Shown piece by piece: positions 49,599 to 62,890 of a stretch of DNA of 64,000 bases. The translations under genes and the position numbers were made by a program. Origin of the DNA: Proteromonas lacertae. Lineage: Eukaryota. The notes under the pieces were generated by a model. The model was not told the origin of the DNA, made no database searches, and saw only the letters and a program-made list of their open reading frames with translations. Location: contig NGBS01000594.1 in the NCBI GenBank assembly GCA_002245135.1, forward strand, positions 1 to 64,000, given 5' to 3'. Position 1 is the first letter of the stretch; every line of letters begins with the position of its first letter.

Positions 49599-50982
49599 TT
49601 ATGGGTAATGAGAAGCTAATTGAATGGTTCCTTCTGTGTCGTTTACATATAAACCATTAATGAGATTATTGACGAAGTTATCTCTTTCATTTGAATCTTT
49701 AAATGTAGTTTCTGGTGATATATCTAATGGTTGGTTAAATCTTAAAATGATGGAGTCAAGAGCACTGTAAGCTTGAATTAAAATACTATGTCTATCAGGG
49801 ATCTCAACAACTTCATAAACGGTAATATAATATCTGCTATTCTCAGGTGGTAAATGTTTTTCAAGCTTTACTAATTCAATCTTTTGTGCTGGAGTTCTTG
49901 CTGGTGATGTTGATCTATTTAACTGTGGAATTCTATTCTCTCCCATTGTTGGATCAGTCTCTGGCTTGCAATATGGCTTCCATTTCAATATGGGTAAATA
50001 AATACCTTCTCTAGCATTTGTTAATGATTCTTTTCTTAAATATTCTTGTAATTGTCCTTCTAATTCTAATACTTTAACTCCTGATTCGTATCTTGGCATC
50101 ATTTCTTCAGGGATTCCCATGTATCTTGATTGGATCTTCGGAATTAATAATTCATAATTTAAAAAGGATGTATGTAATTTTCTGAATAATTTTTTACTTG
50201 GAGCATTTCTAAAGTATTCTGATTCTTGGATTAATGTAAATAAATAGTTTTTATTTTTGTAATAGAAGGGTAATGGTCTCCATAACTGTTCTCTCCATGT
50301 CACTATTGCTTCGATTATACTCAATGTAGTGAAACGGTACTTTTCTAATAAATCTAAAAATTTCTAGAAAAAACAATAAAAACGGTTAATAATTAAATAT
50401 ATATATATATACTCCTCTTTTTCCATCATTATCGCTTTGTTGGAATGTTGGTATTGTATCAATAACTTCATTATATAACTTTCCTCTTCTGGCAATTAAT
50501 TTAATGATTGATTTGGTTGCTATCTTATGTTGTTTTAATAATTGTAATTGATGTTGAATAACATACCAGTTGAATGGAGTGAATTCTTTACAGTATGATT
50601 CTACGAATAAGTTGGTATCTTTGACTGGGATAGCTAATTCTGCCCATAATTTGTAACATTGAGTTATAGCATCGTTGAAAAGTTCGTTTCCAGTGTATTG
50701 CCTAAAAGATAATTAATAATAGTTATACTCTGAAACTGGTTTATGTACTGCTTCTACAGAACGAGCAAGGCTTTGGGGATCTTGATCATAAGCACGGTTA
50801 GCAGGAGCTTCTAAACATTATAATCTAATTAAGCCATACTGTATATCTTTATTGATGGATCACCTCCCTATAAAAAGAATAACAACAAATGACAATACGG
50901 ATTTATTCATGTATGGAGATAAATTTGCACCAGATGCTATTAGTTAAACATAATTAAGCAAGTATATACCAGTAGTAGACAT
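49599..50982 (-). CDS. Uncharacterised multi-exon protein
   Basis: Exons include CYKLWAELAIP and TLSIIEAIVTWREQLWRPLPFYYKNKNYL. Short introns near 50365-50410 and 50700-50727. Confidence 0.6.
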
Positions 50983-51074
50983 TATTATAGTATTTTGGTG
51001 TTATTTAACGAATTAAAAAATAACGAAATATGGCAAGCTTTCAACCGAGCCTTAAAATCTATTTTGATAAAAAC

Positions 51075-52652
51075 ATGTCAACTCCTTATTTAAAAGAATT
51101 ACTTGCTAAATTACCTGAGCCAAAGTTGGTATGGAAGCATTTCCTCAACGTCACACAGATTCCAAGAGGATCCAACTTAGATCCATCATCTCGAGCAAAC
51201 AGTGTTAAAATTCAAACCGCGTTGAAGGAATGGACTAAAGCTATGGGATACGAACCATATCAAGACACAGGTGGCAATATTATTATCAGAAAACCAGCTT
51301 CTAAAGGTATTTATTTGTGTTTCATGATATTATAAATAAATAGGTTTTGAAAAAGCACCCAGTGTATGTGTGCAATGTCATATGGATATGGTAACATCAG
51401 CAGCAGAAGGAGTAAAAATAGATTTCTTAAAAGATCCAATTACACCCTATATTGATGGTGAATGGGTAAGAGCAAAAGGAACTTCCTTAGGAGCAGATGA
51501 TGGTGTTGGCTTAGGAGCTGCTTTGGCTTTATTAGAAGATAAATCATTAACTCATGGTCCATTAGAAGTATTAATAACAAGAGATGAAGAAACAGGTATG
51601 TATGGTGCTGAATCCTTAGAAGAAGGAGTAATAAAAAGTCAATTAATGATTAATATTGATTCAGAAGAAGAAAAATCTGTATGTATAGGATGTGCCGGTG
51701 GATTCACAGTAAATATGACATTACCAATCAACAGACAGAATATAAGTGGTTTAAAATATAAACATCTAACAATTAAGAATCTTCAAGGAGGTCATACTGG
51801 AGTTGATATAAACAAAGATCACTTATCAGCAATTAAAGTATTTGGAAGAATACTAGTGAATTTAAATAGTAAAATATACTTAGTAAAAATGAACTGTGGA
51901 GAAGCTGATAATGCAATACCTTCAACATGTGATTTGATAATTGCATTTAAACCAGAATATGAGAATGAGATAGATAATATGTTAAATAAACAATGGAGTT
52001 TTATAAAGGAGGAGTATTCAACTATTGAACCAAATATGACATTTTTAAATGAAAATATTGTTGAAAATAATAATGAAATAGTGATATGTTTGACTGATAC
52101 AATTAAAATATTTAATTTTTTAAATGTTTATCCTTTTGGACCAATCAGATTCAGTCCTGATGTAAAAGGATTAGTTGAAACATCTTTAGCATTACCAATA
52201 ATCAGCACAAATGAAAAAGAAGTGGCGTTTGTAAGTTCAGCTAGATCAAGTTCTAACTCACAAATGGAGTGGTTATATGATTACATAAAATCCATTTGTG
52301 ATTTAAGTGGAATTATTTTATCTGAAAGAATTGCTCCATATCCTGGATGGTTACCTGAACCAGAATGTGCTTTGACTAAAATTGTGGTTGAACAGACGAA
52401 ATTGGCCTATAATTGTGATAATCCTAAAGTTTATGCTATTCATGCTGGTTTAGAGTGTGGATTATTCCAATCTAAAATCAAGCATTTAGAATGTACATCT
52501 ATTGGACCAACTGTTAATAATCCTCATTGGTATATCTTTATTTTTTGTTATATTTTGTAAATAGTCCAAGAGAAGAGTTGAAAATCTCATCTGTTACTCC
52601 ATTCTATAAAACTTTGACTATGTCTTTAGAAAAATTAGCTCATTTGAACTAA
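51075..52652 (+). CDS. pepD: Aminoacyl-histidine dipeptidase (M20C, PepD-like), 2 introns
   Basis: QCHMDMV, GTSLGADDGVG, TRDEETGMYGA, INIDSEE, GGHTGVDI and IHAGLECG. Confidence 0.9.
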
Positions 52653-52750
52653 AAGCTATATATCTTGTTTGAAATGGGTTGTTTTATGTTTTAAAAAATT
52701 ATTTTTGCCGAATCGTGTGTGTTTTCAGGGTTGATTTTTAAAAAGTAACA

Positions 52751-54028
52751 ATGAAGCAAGAAAAGAAGATTATTAACTGGAACGCTTCTTGGGACGATTT
52801 GGTCGGCGAATATGAATTTTTGCGTTTCAATAAGTATCTTCTTCGTGGTTATAGAATCGGCTTACGAATGAAAGACTGTTTCTTTAGGTATGAGTATGAT
52901 TTTAAAAAATCTTAGTTTTGTCCACCTCACCAATGAATCAGTGAATATATGGAGCCATTTCTTGGGATTTATAGTGGTTGTAATGTTAATGATCCACTGT
53001 AATTCCATGCCAATAGAAAAAGTGGAGTCAAAGGATTACCAAGCAATAAGCAGACTTGGAGACAAGTTATTAGTGAATGGCCATCACGATTTACCAATTG
53101 TTGCAATTCTAACCTATCCAGAAGGTATAACCAATTTTGATGTAGATGTTAACAACACGTTAATCAATGTATATCAAAAGGCTAAGAATACAATGGAAGT
53201 TGATATAACAAAAGAAGATTGTGAAACAATAAGAAGCTATTTTCCACAATATTCAAAGTTAAATGATTCGCAAATATCAGATTTATTAAAGTCTGATTTG
53301 AACTATGAATTATCCGAGTTAATTCGAGATGAAATCAGTCATCAGTATTACAAGCCAAATAAAACTCCAATTAGTTTTGTATATTCCTATTTTATCTATA
53401 TAAACTGTAATAGAAGGTCAGTAAGATGCCAATCTACATTTATTTATTCTGCTCATTATTCTGTATGTTTAATAGCGCAATGTATCATATTTTCAACTGT
53501 GTAGATGAAGAAACTGATTTAAGATTCAAAACATTCGATTTAGTAGGAATATCAGTGTTAATCTGTGGCAGTTACTATCCGTTGGTATTATATGGTTTTC
53601 ACTGTGATACTAAAATACAATTACTATATTTAGTACCAGTTACATTCCTCTCAATCTTCTCACTTTGTTTGACTTTATCAAGCTACGGCTTGTCAGTTGC
53701 TGGTGATATTTTTCGTTCAATCACTTATGCAACAATAGGAATAATCGCATTTGTACCAATTACCCATTTATTACTAAGATATGGATTTGATAGTGAAAAT
53801 TTCCAATTTGCTGCTATGAAGTTGTTATTAGGAGGATTAGCCTTCTTTTTAGGTGCTATAGCTTATGTATTCCATTTCCCTGAAAGATTTGCACCGGGAA
53901 CATTCGATTATTTTGGAGCTAGTCATCAAATATTACATATTTTGGATGTTGTAGGAATTTTAATATTTTATGATAATTCCATTCATATGTATCATTGGTT
54001 GAGTAATGTCGAAGGAGTAATGTGTTAG
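52751..54028 (+). CDS. PAQR/adiponectin-receptor (HlyIII) family protein, copy 1
   Basis: NKYLLRGYR, NESVNIWSH, SAMYHIFNC and PERFAPGTFDYFGASHQILH. Two introns. Confidence 0.92.
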
Positions 54029-54234
54029 ATTTCTGTAACTAATATTAATAATTATTAAAAGACAAATAAAAAAGGATTTTTAACTTCATTTTACTTTTTA
54101 AGAAGATTTGTTTTTGTAATTTGAAATTTCAAAAAAGACAGTAAAAATAGATTATGTTTTTATATAATAAATCACTTTTATTAAATATAAGGATGATGAA
54201 TATGCTAAATTAAACATTGATCCTTTGTTCTTTG

Positions 54235-55515
54235 ATGAAAGAAGAAAAGAAGAAAATAAACTGGAACGGCAGTTGGGATGATCTGGTAGGTGAATATTCT
54301 TTTCTAAGAACTAATAAATATATACTCAAAGGCTATAGATTAGGTTTGCAGTTCAAAGACTGTATCTGGAGGTATTTATCTAATTAGAGTTATATTGTAG
54401 TTTAATTCATCTCAGTAATGAATCAATCAATATCTGGAGTCATGTAATTGGTGTCATTGTGGTTTTCATATGTGCTTTACATTGTTATTTTCTAAATGTT
54501 GAAAATATTGAATCTAAAGATTATGTACCACATAGTTTTATGGGACCAACATTGATTTCTAAAGGACATCACGATTTTTCAATGATGGCAATAATTATTA
54601 AACCAGAGATATTATCACAGTCAATACACTTTGATTTAGATAAATCCATATCCAAAATATATTATAAATGTGTTAAATCACCAGAAGAGCTTAATGAAGC
54701 TGATTTCAGTACAATCAGGTATTTATTCCCACAATATTTACACCTAAACAATACTGAACTTATGAATATATCACATGATATATTAAAAACTGATTTAGAA
54801 GAATATGTCAAAGATGAACTCAGTCAATCATTTTCAAAGCCAATTCATACTCCCATAAATTTCGTATAATTATTCTACAATATATTATCAATAGAAAATA
54901 CCAAAATATCCAATATTCATATTTCTATTCTCAGCATTCATTTGTTTAGCATTTAGTTCATTCTATCACTGTTATAATTGCATAAATGAAAAGGCACATA
55001 GTTTATATAAGAAATTTGATTATATTGGAATATCTATATTGATAGCTGGCTCATATTATCCAATAATAATATATAGTTTTTACTGCGATATAAATACTCA
55101 ATTTTTATATTTAATTCCAATCACTTTAAGTTGTTTTTCAGTGTTATATTTATCACTTTCTGAGTATGGATTATCTCCAAATGGAATAGTAATAAGGACA
55201 TTCAGTTATATGTGTAGTGGATTACAAGGGTTTATTCCAATTACTCATATATTGTTAAAATATGGTAAAAATAGTGAAAACTATTTATATAGTGGTCCAG
55301 GATTGATTGTAATGGGATTATGGTATATTATTGGTGCTGTTTTATATGCTTTTAAAATACCTGAGAGATTTAATCCTGGTAGATTTGATTATTATGGAAG
55401 TAGTCATCAGATATTTCATACGTGTGTAGTTATTGCTGTTATGATTCATTATCATACTAGTTATACGTTGTATAATTGGTTGAGTAATATAGAAAGAGTA
55501 ATTTGTAATTATTAA
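54235..55515 (+). CDS. PAQR family protein, copy 2
   Basis: NKYILKGYR, NESINIWSH and PERFNPGRFDYYGSSHQIFH. Confidence 0.92.
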
Positions 55516-55714
55516 ATTTGATTTTATGATTTTTTTAGTATAAGAATTTTTTAATATATTATATCAAATTAAAAAACACATATATTTAAAATATGAAAGT
55601 TAATTCAGTTGAAAAATAAAGAAAATAAAAATACGAAACGACTATATTATTGAAATAATTATAAAAATAAAATTCGTTTCATCTTCCGTTTCTTTTTTAA
55701 ATTGTTTTTTTTAT

Positions 55715-57615
55715 ATGTCAACAGATAAAGATAAGGAAGAAGTTGTTGCAATAGAAAGGCTGGAACTATCAGATGATGAAGATGATAATTTTAAGTATTT
55801 ATTATATTACAATCTTTTAGTTATGATGGAATTACTGAAGATTTTGGAGATTTAGATAATGAGGATGATGAAGAAGATTTTGATAATTTGTTAAGAACTG
55901 TAAATAAAGTAGAAGGACAAAAAGAGGTATATATATTTATATATTTAGTTTATACTTATTATAATTTCATAGAATGGTAATGAAGAGGAAATTACATCAG
56001 TACCGATAGAGAAGAGTTACGCTAAAGTTCATTTATTCAATATTGATGATTTTATAAGGAATTTTTTGGTTCAATATAAATTATACCAATCATTAGATAC
56101 ATTTAACACTGAATGGTATAATAATATAGCAAAAAACACAATTCAAAAGAATAAATTAGATCCAGTTCCAGATATTTATGTAAAGAACCAGCAATTGGAA
56201 ATAGAAATCCACGAACTAAAACTCGAATGTGAAAGACTCAAAAATATAGCAAAAACAGCGAAAGGAACTTGGGATAAATTCAGACGAGAAAGAGATTATC
56301 ATCGAATGAATCATCGAAGAGTTGTTCAAGAAAAAGAAAAATTATTAAACGACATAAGAAGGCTTGAAAAACAAGCCAAGCTATACGAGCCACAATTAAC
56401 AGATTTGAAGCAAAGGTATGATACAGCTTTGAAGGAGAAGATGATGATGAAGTTAGATAGAGATAAGATGAGAGCAAAAGTTGAAACAATGGAACAAGTT
56501 GTCAGTAAATATGAAAAAGTTGAATCTCCAAAGCAGAAAGTAGTAGAAAAGAAAACTGGAAAGAAGAGAATTGAAGATACAAAAATGCCGCCTGATAATG
56601 CAACTAATCCATATTTGACTGTTAATTATCCAGTTCCTGAAGTTGGTTCATTTACATTATTAAAGACATTCAAAGGTCATACAAGCAGTATTAGTTGTTT
56701 AGCATATCATCCAAAGAAACATGTATATATATAACTCTTTCTTTTATTTTCATTATTTATTTATATCTAATATGTATAGATATTAGCAACAGGATCAGAT
56801 GATTCTACCTTCAAATTATGGGGTATGCCAAATGGTGATATAATAATGGCAGGTGAAGGTCATGAAGATTGGATTGGAGGAATAGAAATCAGTCCAAAAG
56901 GAACACAATTAACAACATGTAGTGGTGATGGAACTATTAAGATTTGGGATTTCTTATCATCTCAATGTGTTGGAACGTATATATTTTAAATTTTATTTAT
57001 TTTAGATTGAAAGATCACACTCAAGGTGTCTGGGATATTGGTTATAATTATACAGGTGATTTCTTAGTAAGTGGTAGTTTAGATCAAAGTGTCAAACTAT
57101 GGGATCTAAATACCTGTAAATGCAGACATTCTTTTAGAGGTCATGTTGATAGTGTTAATTCAGTTTTATTCCAACCATTTAGTAATAATATTTGTTCAGG
57201 TTCTGCTGATAAGACAGTCTCACTTTGGGATATGAAGAGTGGCTTGTGTATTCAAACTTTTTATGGACATACAAACGCAATTAACAATGTTACATTTAAT
57301 TTGAAAGGTGATACAATAGCATCTTGTGATGCAGATGGAATAGTGAAATTATGGGATGTAAGAATGGTAGCTGAAAGATTTAGCCTTAATTCTGGTGAAC
57401 ATCCAATTAATAAGATATCTATTGATAGAAGTGGTAGGTATTTAGCTGCTGCTAGTGATGATGGTAGAATAAAGATATTTGATATTAATAAATGTGAATA
57501 TGTGAGTGAATTGAGTGGTCATGAGGATGCTGTGCAATGTGTATTGTTTGAACCTCATGGTAAGTATTTAATATCTGGTGGAAGTGATAATACATTTAGA
57601 TTATGGGGAATGTAA
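55715..57615 (+). CDS. SPAG16: Axonemal central-pair WD40 protein PF20/SPAG16
   Basis: IDDFIRNFL..TFNTEWY and the coiled coil WDKFRRERDYHRMNHRRVVQEK, followed by seven WD40 repeats. Confidence 0.9.
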
Positions 57616-57694
57616 TAATATTCAAAATAAAAGAGAATTAAATATATATTATTTATCATTTTTATATAGATGTGTGTGTATGTTTTTATTATTA

Positions 57695-59574
57695 TTATGG
57701 ACTTTCAGTAGTAATTTCACTTATATCACTTACATTTAATTCCATACTGTCATTTGTCTTATTGATAGTTGTATTATGATTATTATTAACATCATTTCCT
57801 CTTAGTAGCAATGTATCTACATTTTGAATATCATCATCTAAACACATCTGCAGTAATTCACTTCCAATTGGATCATCATTGTCAATCATCAAACATTTAT
57901 GAAAATTAATAATCGCCTTCTCATTATAACCATTCAAAAAATAACATAATCCCAAAGCTGAATAACTTGAACTAATTTTAGGATTTAACTTAATTCCCAT
58001 TTCAAAGTATTCTATAGCTTTCGCATAATCTTCTTTTATTCTATATATATGACCTAAGTTAATAATAGTGCATTCCCAATTGTTTAACAACCTTTTTGGT
58101 AATTTACTCACTATCTTCATCACATTCAAAAAACATAATTGACTTTGTTCATATTTATTTTGTCTATAATAAATCACACCTAACTCATTCCATAATAAAG
58201 GATTTGTAACATTTTCATCTTTTACACTTAACAAATATTGTTCACTTAAAACTAAATTATTTGTTTTCATATATTCTATTGCTAAATTGATTATAATATT
58301 GACATTTCCAGGATATAGTTTATGTGCTTCAATATATGTATTTATTGATTGATCACTTTCATCTTGGCAACTGTATAACAACCCTAAACTAACCCAACAT
58401 TCAGGAAATTCATTATTAATGAGATTGCATTTGCAATAAAATTCTCGACATTTAGTGTAATCTTTAATGAGATAATAATAACAGCCGATTGAGTAGTTGG
58501 TTAGATAATTCTCTGGATCACTAATAAATAAATAAATATATATATATATATATATATTATATACGTATCAATCAATTCCTGACATAATTTATACAATTCC
58601 AATTTATTATTTTCATATACATATATACCAATTTTTAACTTTATTAATTTTGTATTATATTTATCATATTTCTCCATTTTATTGATTATTTCCATTGCAT
58701 CACCTACATTGTATATTTTATAATTCAATTCGCTCTTTAATAACATCACATCTATATTGAAATTGTTGTTAAAAATATCATTTTCTATTACTTGATATAA
58801 TTGTTTGATATTGTTTGAATAATTAAAATTTTGCTCAATTTCAATTCGCATATAATAATCTCTTAACCAACTATCTTCATCAATATTGCTTGATTGAGCT
58901 TGGCTTGACTTATGTTTGTTCAAAATAGATTTTAACAAACCGATTTGATCTTTTTCAGTTAATAAATATTCGTGTATTAAACTATCATAAGAATCATAAC
59001 ATAATTCATCAGTTAAAAGTGATTTTTTATACCAATCAATTGCTGATTTACGGTTGTTTAGTTTCATTTGTATTTTTCCTTTTAAGTTGTATAATATTGA
59101 TAAGGAATTGATAGGTTCATCTTCTGAATTAAGAGTAATAATATATTCAGATTTACTATTGTCATCTTCAATTGGATCATTCCCTATGTAATACGTTAAC
59201 AATTTGTCAGCTTCATCATATTCCTTCATATTCATCTATGTTATTAAATGTAAATAATGTATTGTATACTAATGCATTTATTGCTAATATAATATAATGT
59301 GAGTTAGTTACATCGCTTTTTATCAACTGATAACTAGTAGAAGAATATATACTTTGAAAATACTTGACCAAGAATGTATAACATCTTTTATATTCTTTTA
59401 TTTCATACAATATTTTGCAATAAATGTAAATATCATTCATTTGATCAGAAACTGTAATCTAAATGTAAATTATTGGTGTTTTTATACTAATTTGTTTCCA
59501 TAAAATTCTGCAGCTTGATACTGTTTATTTTCAAGGGATAATATGGTTAAATTTCTCAGTCTATCCTGCAACAT
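57695..59574 (-). CDS. CDC16: Anaphase-promoting complex TPR subunit APC6/Cdc16
   Basis: QYQAAEFYGNKL, ESDQSINTY, LWNELGVIYY, WECTIINLGHIYR and AIINFHKCL. Multi-exon. Confidence 0.8.
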
Positions 59575-60133
59575 TTTTGAATTTTGAATTTTAAAATGAA
59601 ATTATGTTCGTTTCAACATATTTTGAAATGTTTTTTCTCATCGCATACTTGTTGTATTGTCGTAAAAATATTAGAATATTATGTTTTATCGCATGTATCA
59701 TGTTGAATATGGTATTAGATTTCTTTAATTATTGCAAATGACACACATTTACTCTAAAACACAGTATATGAGAATAAGGATGTAGTATATAGTTTATTCA
59801 TGTGTCTGATGTAATATATTATTATTTTAAACAGCAATATGTTATTCTGTGAAAATCTCGATAATGCGATGTTTCATAATCAAGATTGTTAATTTTTCTC
59901 ATTCTGTTTCATTCTAATAATAGTTCTGATGTATTTGGATAATGATTAATTCTGATTATTACTTTGATTATTATATGGAACCAATTTTAAGGCAATTAAA
60001 TATGTCTGCTAGTGCCGTACATAAAATTTTCTATATAATAAATACATAACATCATTGTGCTTATAAAAGAGTGTTTAAGAAAAGAAGAAGAAGGTTGTCA
60101 AGCTTAATCAAGTTTTTCATTTTGTTTTTTTTA

Positions 60134-61415
60134 ATGGAAGAACATAAGCTCAGATACGATGGTACATGGAATGATTTAGTTGGAAAATACTCATACTTGA
60201 GAACTAACAAGTATATCCAGAAAGGATACAGGTTAGGCTTCAAACTGATTCAAGTTCCTTTCTCGTATAATACATTAGATTAATTCTAGTTTGTTCCACA
60301 TGCATAATGAAACTGTAAACATATGGAGTCATCTTCTCGGTTTTTTGATAGTAACTGTTTTATTTTTTCATACTGCTTACCTTACTCCTGCCGTAGTAGT
60401 ATCAAAGGATTATGCACCAATCAGTCCATTTGGTCATTCACTTATAGAGAATGGAAGACATGCCTTTTCAATGATTGCATTATTGACACAACCAGAATTA
60501 ATGAAGAACAGCATACCATTCTATCATTATGAAGCTTTATCAGAAATATCACTAAAGAAAGTAGAAGATGTAACTCCTACAGATTTAGAAACAATTAGAG
60601 TGTATTTACCAGAATACTCCCATATGAGTGATGATAAATTAATAACATTAATAAACTCAACATTATTATTACAAAATTACACCAATATTAAATTAACAGA
60701 AGAAAGATTATTGGATTTATTATCTCATTCATATTATAAAACAACAAAAACTTCATATTTAGATGTATTTATATTTTTAATTATAATTTAGAATGTTCCA
60801 AAGTGGCCAATTTATATATTCCTCGCATCAGCCTTCATTTGTCTCTCTTTCAGTTCATTTTACCATTTAATCTACTGCGTCAGTTTCGAAATCCAGGAAA
60901 CCTATAAACAGTTAGATTATATCGGTATATCTGTATTAATAGCAGGATCTTTCTATCCAATTATCATTTATAGTTTTTATTGTTTTACTCCAATTTCTAT
61001 TTACTATTTAACTGCTATTACTACACTAAGTATTGGCACTCTGTTCTTAACATTGTCTACTTATGGTCTTTCTCCTGCTGGACAGACTGTAAGAACACTC
61101 ACTTATGCTTTAATTGGATTATTTGGTATAATCCCAGCAGTTCATATTCTAGTGAAGTATGGATATTTGAGTGAGAATTATCAGAATGTTGGTGGTGGTT
61201 TGATACTAATGGGAAGCTTGTATCTCATTGGAGCAGTGATGTATGCTACAAGAATACCTGAGAGGTTTCTGCCAGGATTTTTCGATTATATTGGAAGTAG
61301 TCATCAATGGTTTCATGTGTTTGTGGTGTTGGCTGTGTTGATTCATTACAATACTACTAATACTCTTTATTCTTGGTTGGCAAATGTTCAAACTGAATTT
61401 TGCCATTTAAATTAA
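60134..61415 (+). CDS. PAQR family protein, copy 3
   Basis: NKYIQKGYR, HNETVNIWSH and PERFLPGFFDYIGSSHQWFH. Confidence 0.92.
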
Positions 61416-61531
61416 TATGATCTATTATGTTTAAATTAAATTGAAATAATTTCTATTATTATAATATGTTTGTGAGATGAAAAAAACAAAGAAAAAGAAA
61501 AATACATGAGATACGTTGTATTGTTGTATTG

Positions 61532-62758
61532 ATGAATTTTTTTATTTTTGTGTTGATAATAAGTATAGTTTATTCTGCCAAATGTCCAAATGACTGTAAC
61601 AAGAATGGACTATGTGGACCACTAGGTGAATGTGAATGTTATTATGGATATGAAGGATATGACTGTAGTTTGAGTATAATACCAAAATAAGTATATCTAT
61701 GATAGGAAAATGTTCATATGGATATTATGATACAGATAGTGAGACAGAACTCGTGTGTAGTGGAAATGGGCTTTGTAATCAAGATACTGGTTTATGTGAA
61801 TGTTTCCCAGGTTATACTGGAGCTGTATGTAATGTAGTAGAATGTAAAAATCGATGTTCTGGACATGGAATGTGTGTATTATCTCATCAAACATACTTTG
61901 AAACAGATTCATTTTATCCTCAATTGAAGAAGTTAGTTGATAAGGATTATAAGACATATGGCGTTGGTGTATGTGTTTGTGATAGAGAATATTATGGAGA
62001 TGATTGTAGTTTAAGTATATTTATAGAATCATTATTATTATTCAATAGGAAAATGTCAACTTGGATATAATAAAGTGAAAGATAGTGATGATGGTGATGT
62101 TAATCAAATTATTATTGATATAACTGAAGGAAAAGGAACTACTTATATTGAATATACAGATCCATTTGATAGAAAGTGGTATTCCAGTAAATTGGTATTT
62201 GATGCAACTAATGGATTAAAACAATATGGTTATTATGAATTTACTGATAAAAAATATCCATCTGATTTAGATACTACTCCAAATCCTTCTGAACAATTAA
62301 AATGGTGTTATGTATTAAGCGATTTCTTTTATACATTACCGCCAGGAACAATTGATTTGAAAAATACAACATCATTAATACTCAATGAACATCAACAACT
62401 AACAAGTGGATGTAATATAGAAAATGATGGAATATATGTTCAGCAACCAACTACATCACCTACTAAAATTACTATTACTCTAACATTCGGTCCAAATCAA
62501 TCTGGAAGACAAGGTAAAGTGAGATTTTTAACAGAAAACGATAAGAATAACATAGAATCAGGTGAAGTAGATATGTCAATATTTGAGACAAGTGGAAATT
62601 CTTTATCTAATGCTGTTAATTATAAATACAAGGGAATATATCCACAGATATGTGGTGGGAATGGAAAATGTAATACAAACAGGGATAAAGGTGTATGTGA
62701 TTGTTTTGATGATTATACTGGTTATTCTTGTGAAGTAAAGCCACGAATAGAAGATTAA
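61532..62758 (+). CDS. Secreted EGF-repeat protein, tubular mastigoneme (Ocm/SIG)-like
   Basis: Signal peptide, [47 protein letters not shown], a non-Cys middle region and a single C-terminal EGF CGGNGKC..YTGYSCE. Two introns. Confidence 0.7.
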
Positions 62759-62890
62759 TTATATATATATATATTAATAATAATATAATTTATGATAATA
62801 TATTTGTTTAGCTGTTCTTTGGATATAATAAACAAACAATAATATAATTATACAAACTAAATTATAGAGAGAGAGAAAAATATTTAATTA

